Positions 30,617 through 40,775 are shown, numbered from the stretch's first letter. The stretch: DNA of 64,000 nucleotides from Candidatus Latescibacterota bacterium (GCA_965203805.1 OZ241917.1:4736001-4800000); one strand, 5' to 3'. The notes: generated by a model from the sequence alone, not told the origin. Numbers and translations: made by a program.

Positions 30617-31045
30617 TTAGAAAACGATAATTCCAGTACCGAAGTAACCCAATATCGTACCGATTGCAACGGCCACCCAAAAAATGGTTGAATTACGTAC
30701 CTGACGATATTCGATGTTGACGATGTCTGCATATTGCAGCGTAAACTCCGTTCCGCCATTTCCACGGGCATAGCCTTTGAAGGGGGTAACTGTGAACGAT
30801 GTCAGGCCGACCTCTTCGATTACACACTCTATAACCTGACCTTTGATCGGCGCACGGGAGCCCTCGCGGATTTCTATCCTTACGACCATACCCTCGGTAA
30901 GTTTGCTCAGAACCTGGTCTCGCATCGAAGCTTGTTTGCTAACCTCGGGGACCTCGTTCGCTCTCGTCAGGGGTCGCCAGGCGCTGCATCCAAACGTTTG
31001 CAGCGCAATCGCAAGAATCAGGACGATACTGATGGCGCGTAACAT
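30617..31045 (-). CDS. Paralogous lipoprotein L1
   Basis: MLRAISIVLILAIALQTFGC signal, shared ~75-aa beta domain, C-terminal hydrophobic helix. Confidence 0.85.
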   Translation of the reverse strand: MLRAISIVLILAIALQTFGCSAWRPLTRANEVPEVSKQASMRDQVLSKLTEGMVVRIEIREGSRAPIKGQVIECVIEEVGLTSFTVTPFKGYARGNGGTEFTLQYADIVNIEYRQVRNSTIFWVAVAIGTILGYFGTGIIVF

Positions 31046-31210
31046 TTGTCTGCCTCCTCATTATGTGACATCGTGACGGCAATGTTCGAGGCCGCACAAT
31101 CGGTTCGTCCAGGCGACGATGAGGAAACTCCGGAAGGCCGTTCATTCTGTGGTCCAAGTAGCGTTACGTGGACAGGACGGTACTTCAATTGTCCCGGGTA
31201 GGAAGTTCGG

Positions 31211-31690
31211 TCAGTCCAACGTGATCCCGGAAATTGCATGACTGAAGAGGTATAAACCCAGTGCCACTCCGACCGCAATGCCCGCCACAAAGACGCCAAA
31301 TCCACGTTTCGATTCGCTATATTCGATACTTTCGATATCTGTATAGTTCAACGTCAACTTCCGACTGACATTATCGGGGAAGACAAATCTCGCCCTGACA
31401 TTATCGGGAAAGACAAATTTCGCCGAAGCGGTTACTGTCAGCGACGTTGGACCGACTCTTTCAACAACACATTCGATAACTTGACCAACGGCCGGCGTAC
31501 GGGTACCGTCGCGGATCTTTATCCTTGCGCGCATACCCTCTTTGAGTTTACCGAAAACCTGGTCTCGCATCAGAAACTGTCTGGTTTCCTCGGGGACCTC
31601 GTTCGCACGGGCTAGTTGTCGCCAGGTGCTGCATCCGACGATTTGCAACGCTATCGCTACGATCAGGACAATATTGACGGCGCGAATCAA
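31211..31690 (-). CDS. Paralogous lipoprotein L2
   Basis: MIRAVNIVLIVAIALQIVGC; same domain; internal 10-aa tandem duplication. Confidence 0.85.
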   Translation of the reverse strand: MIRAVNIVLIVAIALQIVGCSTWRQLARANEVPEETRQFLMRDQVFGKLKEGMRARIKIRDGTRTPAVGQVIECVVERVGPTSLTVTASAKFVFPDNVRARFVFPDNVSRKLTLNYTDIESIEYSESKRGFGVFVAGIAVGVALGLYLFSHAISGITLD

Positions 31691-31910
31691 TTCGTATCCT
31701 CCTCAGATTCTGACACGGTGGCGGCATTGTCGCACGCCATCCGGGAATTCGCCCTCACGAGGATGAGGAGTCCGCGGACGGCCGGTGGAGGGGTGGCTAT
31801 GATGCGGGGGGTGGGTGGGGCAACACTGTCCCGGCATCGGACAGACTCATCATCGACACATGGTTCCATTCACTCTCTTCTAGAGCCTGTCTGGCGAATG
31901 GTGAGGCGAT

Positions 31911-32348
31911 CTACTTTGACACTCCCATCGCCCTTGCCCAAATCATTATCACAGTCGTTACCACGGCCAACGCAATATTGCCCTGTAGATCCGCTCTTCT
32001 ATATTCAATACTCGCAATATCGGAAAATGGTACCGTGAGTCGTTCTTTAGCCTGATTGGAACTACTGCGGAATCTATCCAGCCCTAATATTACAGTCAAA
32101 GAAATGTGCCCCACTGTTTCAATTGTACCTTCGATGACTTCACCTTGAACCAGCGCCAGGGTGCCCTCCCGAATGCCTATCCTTACAGCCATGCCTTCCT
32201 TGAGTTCACCCAGAAACTCGTCTCGCATCGATGCCTCTCTTTTTGCCTCTGGGAACTCGTTCGTGCGAGCGACCTGTCGCCAGGCAGTGCATCCGACCGT
32301 TTGCAACGCGATCACTGCGATCAGGACGATACTGATGACGCGAATCAC
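31911..32348 (-). CDS. Paralogous lipoprotein L3
   Basis: Start reassigned to GTG (VIRVISIVLIAVIALQTVGC) with GAGGAG RBS, by alignment to paralogs. Confidence 0.82.
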   Translation of the reverse strand: MIRVISIVLIAVIALQTVGCTAWRQVARTNEFPEAKREASMRDEFLGELKEGMAVRIGIREGTLALVQGEVIEGTIETVGHISLTVILGLDRFRSSSNQAKERLTVPFSDIASIEYRRADLQGNIALAVVTTVIMIWARAMGVSK

Positions 32349-32499
32349 TCTGTAGTCTCCTCGATTCGTGGTGGTGCGGCGACTGGATCGATCATGGAAT
32401 CGGCCCTCTGCAAGTGGCGCCCGTCGGCCATCGCGGTGTGAACGCCGGCTATTGGTTTGCAGACTCCGTGCGACGCTCTCGTTATGCAGCCGTTCGCCC

Positions 32500-32609
32500 C
32501 GGTTCGTCCGCCGAAACCCCGTACGACCCACTGGCAAATTCCCGGCGAACCCTTCTCCGATCATAGGACCGGCGCACAGCGCAATCAGGAAACAGCGTCT
32601 CATTTTCAT
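32500..32609 (-). pseudogene. 5' stub of a PorV/PorQ-like gene
   Basis: MRRCFLIALCAGPMIGEGFAGNLPVGRTGF aligns with LCAGPMVGEGFSQDFPERRTGF of 35239-36207. 32386-32436 copies the spacer 35179-35229 that lies downstream of the intact gene. Confidence 0.75.
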
Positions 32610-32870
32610 TCACCTTTTCGTTAGGTCGCCGACCTCAGCGTACGACATATGGTACCTGTTGATTATGACATTCTGCCCGATTACACGCCGATTGCGTTTG
32701 CCCAACTTTCGCGGAAGGGTGAAGGAGACGGCCAGTTTCACTTGCTTCGGGTCGGAGAGTGAGGGCCGTTGCGGCGTCCTGGCGATCACGGGTCAGGATG
32801 GGCAACACTGTGACGCACAGATTGGAGACGCAAGTAACGTCCTGAATGCCGGATCGAGCGTGGATTGAAT

Positions 32871-33308
32871 CTAATCCAAATAGATAGAATCCTTGATACC
32901 CACGATAAACAAGACAACCCCGACAACAGTTGCAACCACAAGAAGCGTTCGCAAGTTACGCTGGTCATCCGGTTCGTGATAACGAATGGTCATGATGTCG
33001 CTGTACGTGAATGCATACCTCCTGACGGATCCGATGGCAAGGTACTTTGGCTTGACCGTTACAATGAGGCTCTCCGTACCTGCTCTTTCGATTACACATT
33101 CAAGAATTCTTCCGCTGAAGGGCACGCGGGCATTTCGTCGGAGAAAGATTGTAGCTTGCATTCCCTTCTTAAGTATCTGCTGCGCGTCTTTCCGAATCTG
33201 ATCCTGAGAGCTATCCAGGGAAAACTCCCTCATTCGAATCGTTGGCGCACATCCAACCGTTTGCAGCGCAATCGCTACGATCAGGACGATAGTGATGACG
33301 CGTGTCAT
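32871..33308 (-). CDS. Paralogous lipoprotein L4
   Basis: MTRVITIVLIVAIALQTVGC; same domain, more divergent. Confidence 0.85.
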   Translation of the reverse strand: MTRVITIVLIVAIALQTVGCAPTIRMREFSLDSSQDQIRKDAQQILKKGMQATIFLRRNARVPFSGRILECVIERAGTESLIVTVKPKYLAIGSVRRYAFTYSDIMTIRYHEPDDQRNLRTLLVVATVVGVVLFIVGIKDSIYLD

Positions 33309-33476
33309 TTTGTAGTCTCCTCGATTCGTGGTAGTGCGGCGTAGGTCTCATCGAAGCCACAGGATCGGTTCGCCTGCGTGACGAATTGGGAATTCCTTTA
33401 GAATACTCGTGGCGTGGTCGCGATTGGCGTTCCTCAAGACCTGGCGGCACTTCAGGTGTTCAGGGTCGTAGTTCTG

Positions 33477-33929
33477 TTAATCCAACTGCGCCTGCGAGAG
33501 TCCAGAATATAGGATTATCAGACACAAAATAGCTGTAGTCACCAAGTACACCACATATTCATTGGGTTCGTGATCCGATTTACGGTATTCGATGCTCATT
33601 ATGTCCGCATAATGTAACGTGAACTCCCTTTTGACCGTGCTGCGGATGTAGTCATCAACGGGGGTTAGTGTTAGCGACGCCTGACCGATCTCCTTAATAA
33701 TACACTCGATGACCTGACCCTTGATCGGCGCAGGGGTACCCGCCCGAATTCTTATCCCGACGTGCATGCCCTCTTTGAGTTTCCACTGAACTTGATCTCG
33801 AATCGATGACGATGATTGACTGTCATCCTCTGCGACTGCGTTCGCGCGGGCAAGGGGTCGCCAGGTGCTGCATCCGACGGTCTGCAGCGCAATCGCTGCG
33901 ATCAGGACGATACTGATGACGCGGATCAT
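33477..33929 (-). CDS. Paralogous lipoprotein L5
   Basis: Start reassigned to MIRVISIVLIAAIALQTVGC (AAGGAG RBS). Confidence 0.85.
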   Translation of the reverse strand: MIRVISIVLIAAIALQTVGCSTWRPLARANAVAEDDSQSSSSIRDQVQWKLKEGMHVGIRIRAGTPAPIKGQVIECIIKEIGQASLTLTPVDDYIRSTVKREFTLHYADIMSIEYRKSDHEPNEYVVYLVTTAILCLIILYSGLSQAQLD

Positions 33930-34093
33930 CCGTTGGTCTCCTTGCATTACAACGTCGCGGTGAAATTGCCCGAGGTCACAGGAGCAGTTATCCTTCCCGA
34001 CAATTGGAACCCCCGGACTCACCTACATACGTTGGCCGCTATTGTCAAGGATCGCCACATATGCTCTTCTGGAGTCCGTGGGCAGTCGTGCCG

Positions 34094-34546
34094 TTATTCA
34101 TAGTTAGAGAATGCACGCAGAAAATATACGAACACATATGCGAGGCACAACGTGGCTCCGGTTATCACGCCTATCGTGAAAGTAGTCAGCCCACGATTGA
34201 ATTCACGATATTCAATGCTCACGATGTCAGTGTAATGTAACCTGAACTTCCTCCTCGCCGCACCTCGGACATGGTCCGTAATGGGGATTAGTGTCAACGA
34301 GGTTTGCCCGATTTCTTCAACGATACATTCGAGAACCTGGCCTTGGATCGGCGCAGGGGTACCCTCGGGGATTCTTATCCTTACTGCCATACCTTCCTTG
34401 AGTTTCTCCAGAACTTGCTCTCGCATTGACGAATGTCTGTCATCCTCGGAGACCTCGTTCATACGAGCCAGGTGTCGCCAGGTACTGCAACCGACTGTCT
34501 GCAGCGCAATGGCTACGATCAGGACAATAACGATGGCGCGCATCAT
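34094..34546 (-). CDS. Paralogous lipoprotein L6
   Basis: MMRAIVIVLIVAIALQTVGCSTWR; same domain. Confidence 0.85.
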   Translation of the reverse strand: MMRAIVIVLIVAIALQTVGCSTWRHLARMNEVSEDDRHSSMREQVLEKLKEGMAVRIRIPEGTPAPIQGQVLECIVEEIGQTSLTLIPITDHVRGAARRKFRLHYTDIVSIEYREFNRGLTTFTIGVITGATLCLAYVFVYFLRAFSNYE

Positions 34547-34709
34547 ATCAGAGGCGCCTCACATCTTGAGACCGTTGCGGCATTGTTTAAAGCCACAGGT
34601 GCGGTTATCCTTCCCGTCGATTGGAAATGCCGGACCGAAATTGACATGGTGATTGCAGATGGGGCACCACTCCATATCGGCTCCCAAAGTGCTCCGGACC
34701 GTTGTTTTT

Positions 34710-35141
34710 CTAGTTCCATGGCGGAAGAAAAACTAAGCCAATGGCAAAGAAACCCAACATAGCACCAGCAACAAAAACAGGTAGTAAGTCGTGCGATTCA
34801 CGAAATTCGACGCTGGCGATGTCAACATAACGGAGCGAATACTCCTTGCGGTTATTACCACCAGCATAAGGTATGAATGGGATTACCGTCAGCGTCGTAT
34901 GCCCGATCTCTTCAATAGTGCAGTCAATAACCCGTCCCTTGATGGGCGTGCGGATTCCCGACCAAATTCTAATCCTTACACGCATGCCCTCTTTGAGTTG
35001 CTCCAGAGCTTGTTCACGTATCGAAACCTCTCTGTTCGCCTCCGGGACCTCTTTCATCTGGACCACCTGTCGCCAAGTCGTGCAAGCCACTGTTTGCAAC
35101 GCAATCGCTAAAATCAGGACGATACTGATGGCGCGTATCAT
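34710..35141 (-). CDS. Paralogous lipoprotein L7
   Basis: MIRAISIVLILAIALQTVAC; same domain. Confidence 0.85.
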   Translation of the reverse strand: MIRAISIVLILAIALQTVACTTWRQVVQMKEVPEANREVSIREQALEQLKEGMRVRIRIWSGIRTPIKGRVIDCTIEEIGHTTLTVIPFIPYAGGNNRKEYSLRYVDIASVEFRESHDLLPVFVAGAMLGFFAIGLVFLPPWN

Positions 35142-35238
35142 TCTAAGGCCTCCTCATTTCCCACGAGTGATATGGCTTGATCGATCATGGAATCGGCCCT
35201 CTGCGGGTGGCGCCAGTCGGCCATCTCGGCATGGTCAC

Positions 35239-36207
35239 TCACAGATTCAGTGCAACGCTGAAGACATGTATCCTCTGGTCCGACATAGACCTGCTGAGAT
35301 CCCTGTTGGCATAATCCACCGAGATTCCGCGGCCGCCAGCCGTTCTGAATTCGAGCCCGCCGCCAAACACCATCGGAACCGAAGATTTCTGACCTCCCCG
35401 CAACGAGATCGCAAGTGAATTGCCTGTGCCGATCGTTGTAACGTGGGTATACTCCACGCCGACGTTCAGGCCGTTACTCGCATTCGGATAGAACGGACTG
35501 ACCACGTCGATGGCAAGGTCCACGTGGTGCGCGAAGGGCTCCAGGCCCAACGTCGAGACCAGATCGACGAGTACGCCGGCCCTGATCTGCTTCGGAACAG
35601 CTATGTTCTCGGGCTCGCTCAATGCTTCGAAGCTGAGGTTTCGGACTCCCAGTCCGAATACTGCATTGGCGGACTTTGTCGCAAAATATGCGCCAAGGTC
35701 GAAGGCAAAGGTACTGTGGATCTGGTCGCCGTAGTCCTCGCGCATCCACTTGAGTGCGGCGCCCAACGTGACGTGGTCGGCAATGCCCGTACCCCACGCG
35801 CCGGTTACGGCGTAGTCGGATCTGTCTGCCGTCCCGCTGCCTCCGATATTCGAAACGACAAATTCCTCGAAGGCGAATTCCTGGACGGAGAATCCAATGA
35901 CGCCCCGGTTCGGTAGCCTCGCGGCAAAGCCTGCTACGTGTTTTTTGGTACTGCTCGACCAATCCACGTATGTATAACTTGCGTCCATCCTCTTCACAAA
36001 GGCCAGCCCCGCCGGATTGTACATCATGGCTGCGGCGCTTCCGACGGATCCGACGCCGGTTGCTCCGAGCGCTTCGTCCCGTGCGTTGGTGGGTAGCAGC
36101 AGAAAGGTGAACCCCGTACGTCGTTCGGGGAAATCCTGGGAGAATCCTTCGCCAACCATAGGACCGGCGCATAGCACGCAGAGTCCAAACGCGATGAATC
36201 GCCACAT
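35239..36207 (-). CDS. PorV/PorQ-family outer-membrane beta-barrel
   Basis: Signal peptide, GFTFLLLPTNARDEALG, YNPAGLA, FAFDLG, GVEY, VDYA; amphipathic strands. Confidence 0.85.
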   Translation of the reverse strand: MWRFIAFGLCVLCAGPMVGEGFSQDFPERRTGFTFLLLPTNARDEALGATGVGSVGSAAAMMYNPAGLAFVKRMDASYTYVDWSSSTKKHVAGFAARLPNRGVIGFSVQEFAFEEFVVSNIGGSGTADRSDYAVTGAWGTGIADHVTLGAALKWMREDYGDQIHSTFAFDLGAYFATKSANAVFGLGVRNLSFEALSEPENIAVPKQIRAGVLVDLVSTLGLEPFAHHVDLAIDVVSPFYPNASNGLNVGVEYTHVTTIGTGNSLAISLRGGQKSSVPMVFGGGLEFRTAGGRGISVDYANRDLSRSMSDQRIHVFSVALNL

Positions 36208-36303
36208 AGTCTGCTCTCCTTTCAAATGGAAAACCGCATCAGATACTCCAAGAGTCAAACAACCAGGAAGAGGGAGTCTTCCGTCGCCTGCGGCCAGGTC
36301 CCT

Positions 36304-37338
36304 TCACAGCTCAAAGGAAACGCTTACCAACTGCGTGCGGTCGTCTTTGATCGCCTCATTGATGAATACGCGAATATAAGGCTCGCCGCCCCCAACCCCC
36401 AGACCCCTGTTGGCGTAATCCACGGCGATCCGCCGTCCGCTCGCCGACCTGAATTCCAGCCCGCCTCCCCATCCGATGGGATTCGGTGACGCGTGCCCTC
36501 CTCGAATGGAAAAACCGAGTGTATGCCCGCCTGCACGTCGCATCAGATACGTATATTCGACTCCAGTGCGCAACGCGGTGTGCCCGAACGAACGGATGGG
36601 CTTGTAGTAGTCCATGGCGAGATCCAGGTAATGCGGAGACGGCTGCAGACCAAGGGTAGAGACCAGGTCGATGAGTACGCCGGCGCGGATACGCTTTGGT
36701 ACGACGTAGTCTTCCGGTTCGCCGAGGACACCGCCGGTTAAATTCCGCGCACCCAGTGCGATGATTGTACTGCCGGACTTCGACACGAAATACGCGCCCA
36801 GGTCGAAAGCGTAGACATTCTCATTCCTGTCCGAAAACGCCTCATGGATGAGCTTGAGGGCGGATCCAATCGCAAATTGATCGGCAATCTTCCAGCCGCA
36901 GGCGCCGGAAACAGAGTACTGGCTCACGTCTTCATTTTCGAATCCGTGATCGTAAGTCTGGACGGAAAGACCGAGAGACAAACTTCGGCCTGCATTCGCG
37001 GCAATCCCTGCGACGTAGTTCCTCTCATCCCAGTCAAGGTTCGCGGATCTGCGCTCCTCGGGGATCCAGACGCTGTCGGACTTTCGATTCGTGTTCGCTA
37101 ACGTGAAAACCGCATCCATTCCTTCTACGAAGGCGATGCCGGCCGGATTGTACATAATCGCCATGGCGGTTCCGACAGTACCCACACCGGTGGCGCCGAT
37201 CGCTTCGTCACGGGCGCTGAAGGGCTGCCACAGGAAGTTAAAACCCGTTTGCGGGGTAGGCGTCTCCTGGGCGAATACACTTTGTGTCAACGGCCCGGCG
37301 CAGAGCGCACATAGCATGATCTGAACACAGCCTCTCAT
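36304..37338 (-). CDS. PorV/PorQ-family outer-membrane beta-barrel
   Basis: GFNFLWQPFSARDEAIG, YNPAGIA, YAFDLG, GVEY, VDYA; paralog of its neighbour. Confidence 0.85.
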   Translation of the reverse strand: MRGCVQIMLCALCAGPLTQSVFAQETPTPQTGFNFLWQPFSARDEAIGATGVGTVGTAMAIMYNPAGIAFVEGMDAVFTLANTNRKSDSVWIPEERRSANLDWDERNYVAGIAANAGRSLSLGLSVQTYDHGFENEDVSQYSVSGACGWKIADQFAIGSALKLIHEAFSDRNENVYAFDLGAYFVSKSGSTIIALGARNLTGGVLGEPEDYVVPKRIRAGVLIDLVSTLGLQPSPHYLDLAMDYYKPIRSFGHTALRTGVEYTYLMRRAGGHTLGFSIRGGHASPNPIGWGGGLEFRSASGRRIAVDYANRGLGVGGGEPYIRVFINEAIKDDRTQLVSVSFEL

Positions 37339-37460
37339 CGTTCATTACCCTTTCGGCAAGGTTGCCTTACAGTCTGTGTAACGTTGAACTACACAAAGCC
37401 TGCAGGTCACATGGCATGCTGAGAAACAGCGGTGTCAAAAATCGCGTCACATGGTAAGGG

Positions 37461-38720
37461 CTACCTGCCGCCGAGTACCGTGCCAACGTTCAGCAGGAGT
37501 TCAACCTGGTTTGCCTGCTCGTATTCTTCCCCCAACCATCGGACGTACTGCACCTCGTACCTGAGAACGAGAGCATTACGGAAGACGTGGCGAGTGCCCA
37601 GGCCGATTCCGGCGCCGAATCGGGAGGCAATTATATCACCATCAAGAGTCGTGGCCAGAATCCGGCAATACGACGAACCCGAAGCCAGGCCCCTTGTGTA
37701 CAGGCCGAAACCGCCTTGTGCGACCCGTAAGTTCGCATTGCGACTGCCCGCTGTTGCCTGGTAAGTGAAGGCAATTCCAAAATCGAAGGAGATTCTCTCA
37801 GCAAAGAAGGAGGACATATAGAAGGTCGGCGTGATTCGAGCCATACCGCCCCCGCCATTGACCAACGTCACGGTATCATCGGATTGGCCCTTCAGGATTG
37901 AGACCGAAAGCAGGTTTGCACCGATTTCGCACCATGGTCTCTTCCTGGCTTCAAGTCCTGAGGCCAACCGGGCTTTCGGCCAGGCTTCGACGTCGCCGCG
38001 GTCTTCGGCGGCAACGATCACTTCGATATCGTCGAACGCGATCCGGAGGCTTCTGCGTCTGGCAAGTCCGCGCCGCCGGACGGGTGGCGTGTACTGGATC
38101 TCGAGACCGTCCGCTTCCAGGGAAGTAATCGCTCCGGTTGCGGCATCTTCCTTCCCTTCCGACGTGTAGACAACGTATACGTACATGCCTGCTTCGAGTC
38201 TCGATGGATCCAGGTCTTCGCGCCGCATCTCGATGACGCTCTGCGCGGCCTGAATTGCCCTCAGCCATCGTTCGAGCGTTCGCCGGTCCGGCGCTACGGC
38301 GAGTGATTCGATCGTTGCGTAGACGATATTCCGTTTGTCCCAGAGTTCGGACCTGACGACAATGCCCTCAGCGTCTTTGCCGATAATCTCACCGGTTGCG
38401 GTTTCCGCGACGCCTTCCGACGCGTAGACCACGTGCGCGTACCACCCCTCGACGAGCTTGGAGGTATCCAGTTCCGCTTGCGACATTACCAAAACGCCCA
38501 TCTCACGCGCCCACTGGCCGGCCGGTTGTCCCCCGCCGGCGACGATTGACGTTTCCTTTGGGTCTGTGCTGTCTTCTTCGGCGACCGCGGCGCCGGCAGA
38601 TTCGGGCGGCGCGCTGTCTGCGACCTGTATTTCGTCGGCCTGCTGTCCGGCATTAACATCGCTGGACCAGAAAACACCGGATACGATGCATACGATCAGA
38701 ACTGATGCGACGTGTTTCAT
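37461..38720 (-). CDS. Secreted repeat protein R1: two repeats plus a probable beta-barrel C-terminus
   Basis: Signal peptide, two VMS..ELD.SKL..G.YAHVVY repeats, ~155-aa alternating hydrophobic/Gly C-terminus. Confidence 0.8.
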   Translation of the reverse strand: MKHVASVLIVCIVSGVFWSSDVNAGQQADEIQVADSAPPESAGAAVAEEDSTDPKETSIVAGGGQPAGQWAREMGVLVMSQAELDTSKLVEGWYAHVVYASEGVAETATGEIIGKDAEGIVVRSELWDKRNIVYATIESLAVAPDRRTLERWLRAIQAAQSVIEMRREDLDPSRLEAGMYVYVVYTSEGKEDAATGAITSLEADGLEIQYTPPVRRRGLARRRSLRIAFDDIEVIVAAEDRGDVEAWPKARLASGLEARKRPWCEIGANLLSVSILKGQSDDTVTLVNGGGGMARITPTFYMSSFFAERISFDFGIAFTYQATAGSRNANLRVAQGGFGLYTRGLASGSSYCRILATTLDGDIIASRFGAGIGLGTRHVFRNALVLRYEVQYVRWLGEEYEQANQVELLLNVGTVLGGR

Positions 38721-38844
38721 GTTTACCTCCCGGATAGAGAATGTTCAGGTTACTCCCACGTCTCACCACTGCTGGAGTACTGTCGGATTGGTCGATTGAG
38801 GCGGAGTTTGCGGAATCCCGGAATACGGGCCGTAGGGCAAACGC

Positions 38845-40560
38845 TCAGAATTCAAGTGACACCGCGGCCTGCAGATCTCCGTTCCGCGTGGGTGCGATGC
38901 CCAGCTTGAGTCGTTGGGGGGATAATTCAACCCATCTTTCAGTTTCTATCGACGCGCCGATAAGCGTCGAACCGAGAATGACGGGACCATACAAGTATCC
39001 CAACCGCCGCATCAGGACAGGAATAATCTCAGAGTCGAAACCGCCACGCGCTGCGACAAACATTCGCGGAACAAGGTCGACAAAGCAGATAATCAGCCCG
39101 ATTTTCCTGCCCAGATCCGTATTCCTGAAACGTCCGGTGCTTACGGCGAATTTGTCAATAGAAGATAGAGGAATCCGGTCGATGCCACGTTCGGATACGA
39201 CAACCAGTTTGTCTCCGTTCACACCGGAGAACCTGCCGATGACACGCCGTCTCGAAATTGACCGTGTATTCAAACGCACTCTTGGTTGCTTTTCCTGAAC
39301 CCAACTCTTAATGTGCGCCAGTGATTGCCCCACGACCACCGTGTCTATGTCTCCCAATGCGATCTTACGCTTCTTCCGGAAACCGGACTTTATCAGGATA
39401 TGATCCGCTCCCTTTTCGACAATCTTTCCGGAGACGGCCTTGCCGATGCCGTCAGTTACATAGCGGACGTTCGCATACGTTCCCTCTTGCAACATTGTCG
39501 CATCCAGCTCACCTCGTCCCAGCACGGTCAAGGTCGTTTCGTAGAGTTGTACGACAGCCCGTCTCTTTTCCAGCCATTGCCTGATGTGGTCACGGTCCGA
39601 CCAGGTGACGATTGTCTCAATTTCGCCGCGGGAGATCCTCCAGTTCTCCCAGGGTTTCGGGACGGATTGGAGCCGGATTCGATCTGCTTTCCGGTCCACG
39701 ATCCTGCCGGACACGATTTTCCTGACGCCCTCTGAAGTATAGACGACGTGTGCATACAGTCCCTTCCTCAGTCTGTCGTATTCCAGGTCATTGCGTGAGA
39801 AATAGGATACGTCCGCCTGCCGGAGCTGTAGAATGTCCGTTCTCTCCCTTAACCAGGACTCCAGGGGATTCCGATCCCGGTAGCCGACGATCACGTCAAT
39901 GTCCCGATGCAGGATTTCCCATTTTTGCCACTCGTTTGAAACAGATCGGATCACGATGCGGTCGGGCTTTTTGTTCGCGACCTTACCGCTCACAATTGTC
40001 CTGGCGCCTTCCAATCTGTAGATGGCAAACGCAAAATGACCCTTCGTAAGTCTGGTCAGGTCGAGTCGTTCGGGTGCTATCAGGACGATATTGCCATCCG
40101 CCCAGTTCAGCCAACTCACGACAGCCCGCCGTTCCTCTGCGACAGCCACAAAGTCAAGTTCGCTGTACTTTATTCGCCGTCGCTCCATCGGTCTTTCCGT
40201 GGATTTCAGTACGATGCCATCCAGGTCCTTTACATGGATGACGCCGTTCGCGGTTCTCTTCACCCTTTTCGAGCCGTATTTCACGTGCGTATACCAACCC
40301 CTTATCAGCTTTGAGATATCCAGGTCGCCACGTGACATCAGCACGACGTCTTTCTCGTAGAACTGTCTGATCGCCCGTTCGACGATTTCTGCGGGGGTGT
40401 CGTCATCCGACGCCAGTTTTTCGCTTTTGTCGATAGCCGAATCCGCCCTAGCGGCGCGTTCTTCATTCCAGGCCTGAAGTCGGCCGGAGGCGTGGGCCAG
40501 ACCTGGCGCAATGAATTCACTCAGGAGACATGCGATCGGAACGAGTGCGGCAGGTTTCAT
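38845..40560 (-). CDS. Secreted repeat protein R2: four repeats plus conserved tail
   Basis: Four repeats, PRVRL domain, two hydrophobic helices, ends LGIAPTRNGDLQAAVSLEF. Confidence 0.85.
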   Translation of the reverse strand: MKPAALVPIACLLSEFIAPGLAHASGRLQAWNEERAARADSAIDKSEKLASDDDTPAEIVERAIRQFYEKDVVLMSRGDLDISKLIRGWYTHVKYGSKRVKRTANGVIHVKDLDGIVLKSTERPMERRRIKYSELDFVAVAEERRAVVSWLNWADGNIVLIAPERLDLTRLTKGHFAFAIYRLEGARTIVSGKVANKKPDRIVIRSVSNEWQKWEILHRDIDVIVGYRDRNPLESWLRERTDILQLRQADVSYFSRNDLEYDRLRKGLYAHVVYTSEGVRKIVSGRIVDRKADRIRLQSVPKPWENWRISRGEIETIVTWSDRDHIRQWLEKRRAVVQLYETTLTVLGRGELDATMLQEGTYANVRYVTDGIGKAVSGKIVEKGADHILIKSGFRKKRKIALGDIDTVVVGQSLAHIKSWVQEKQPRVRLNTRSISRRRVIGRFSGVNGDKLVVVSERGIDRIPLSSIDKFAVSTGRFRNTDLGRKIGLIICFVDLVPRMFVAARGGFDSEIIPVLMRRLGYLYGPVILGSTLIGASIETERWVELSPQRLKLGIAPTRNGDLQAAVSLEF

Positions 40561-40775
40561 GTAACGTCCTTTGGCTGAGTGGATTCCGGCGCACTTATCG
40601 GGTCAGTACTATCGCACAGGGCATTCAGTCTGCCGCCGCGCCGTATCAATGAAATCATCCCTGGGAAGCGGCGCATCACCTGGATCGCCCGTGAGGACGT
40701 TCTTCCTGCGCTTGTGGTTTTTTATCCTGCCCATCCTGTCCATCCATGTTTATTCCGGTCGATAAATCAGACGGA

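Noticed and set aside
31911-32609. 232-aa ORF as a real PorV-lipoprotein fusion
   Set aside because: The middle is translated spacer sequence, and the lipoprotein has its own RBS and GTG start at 32348.
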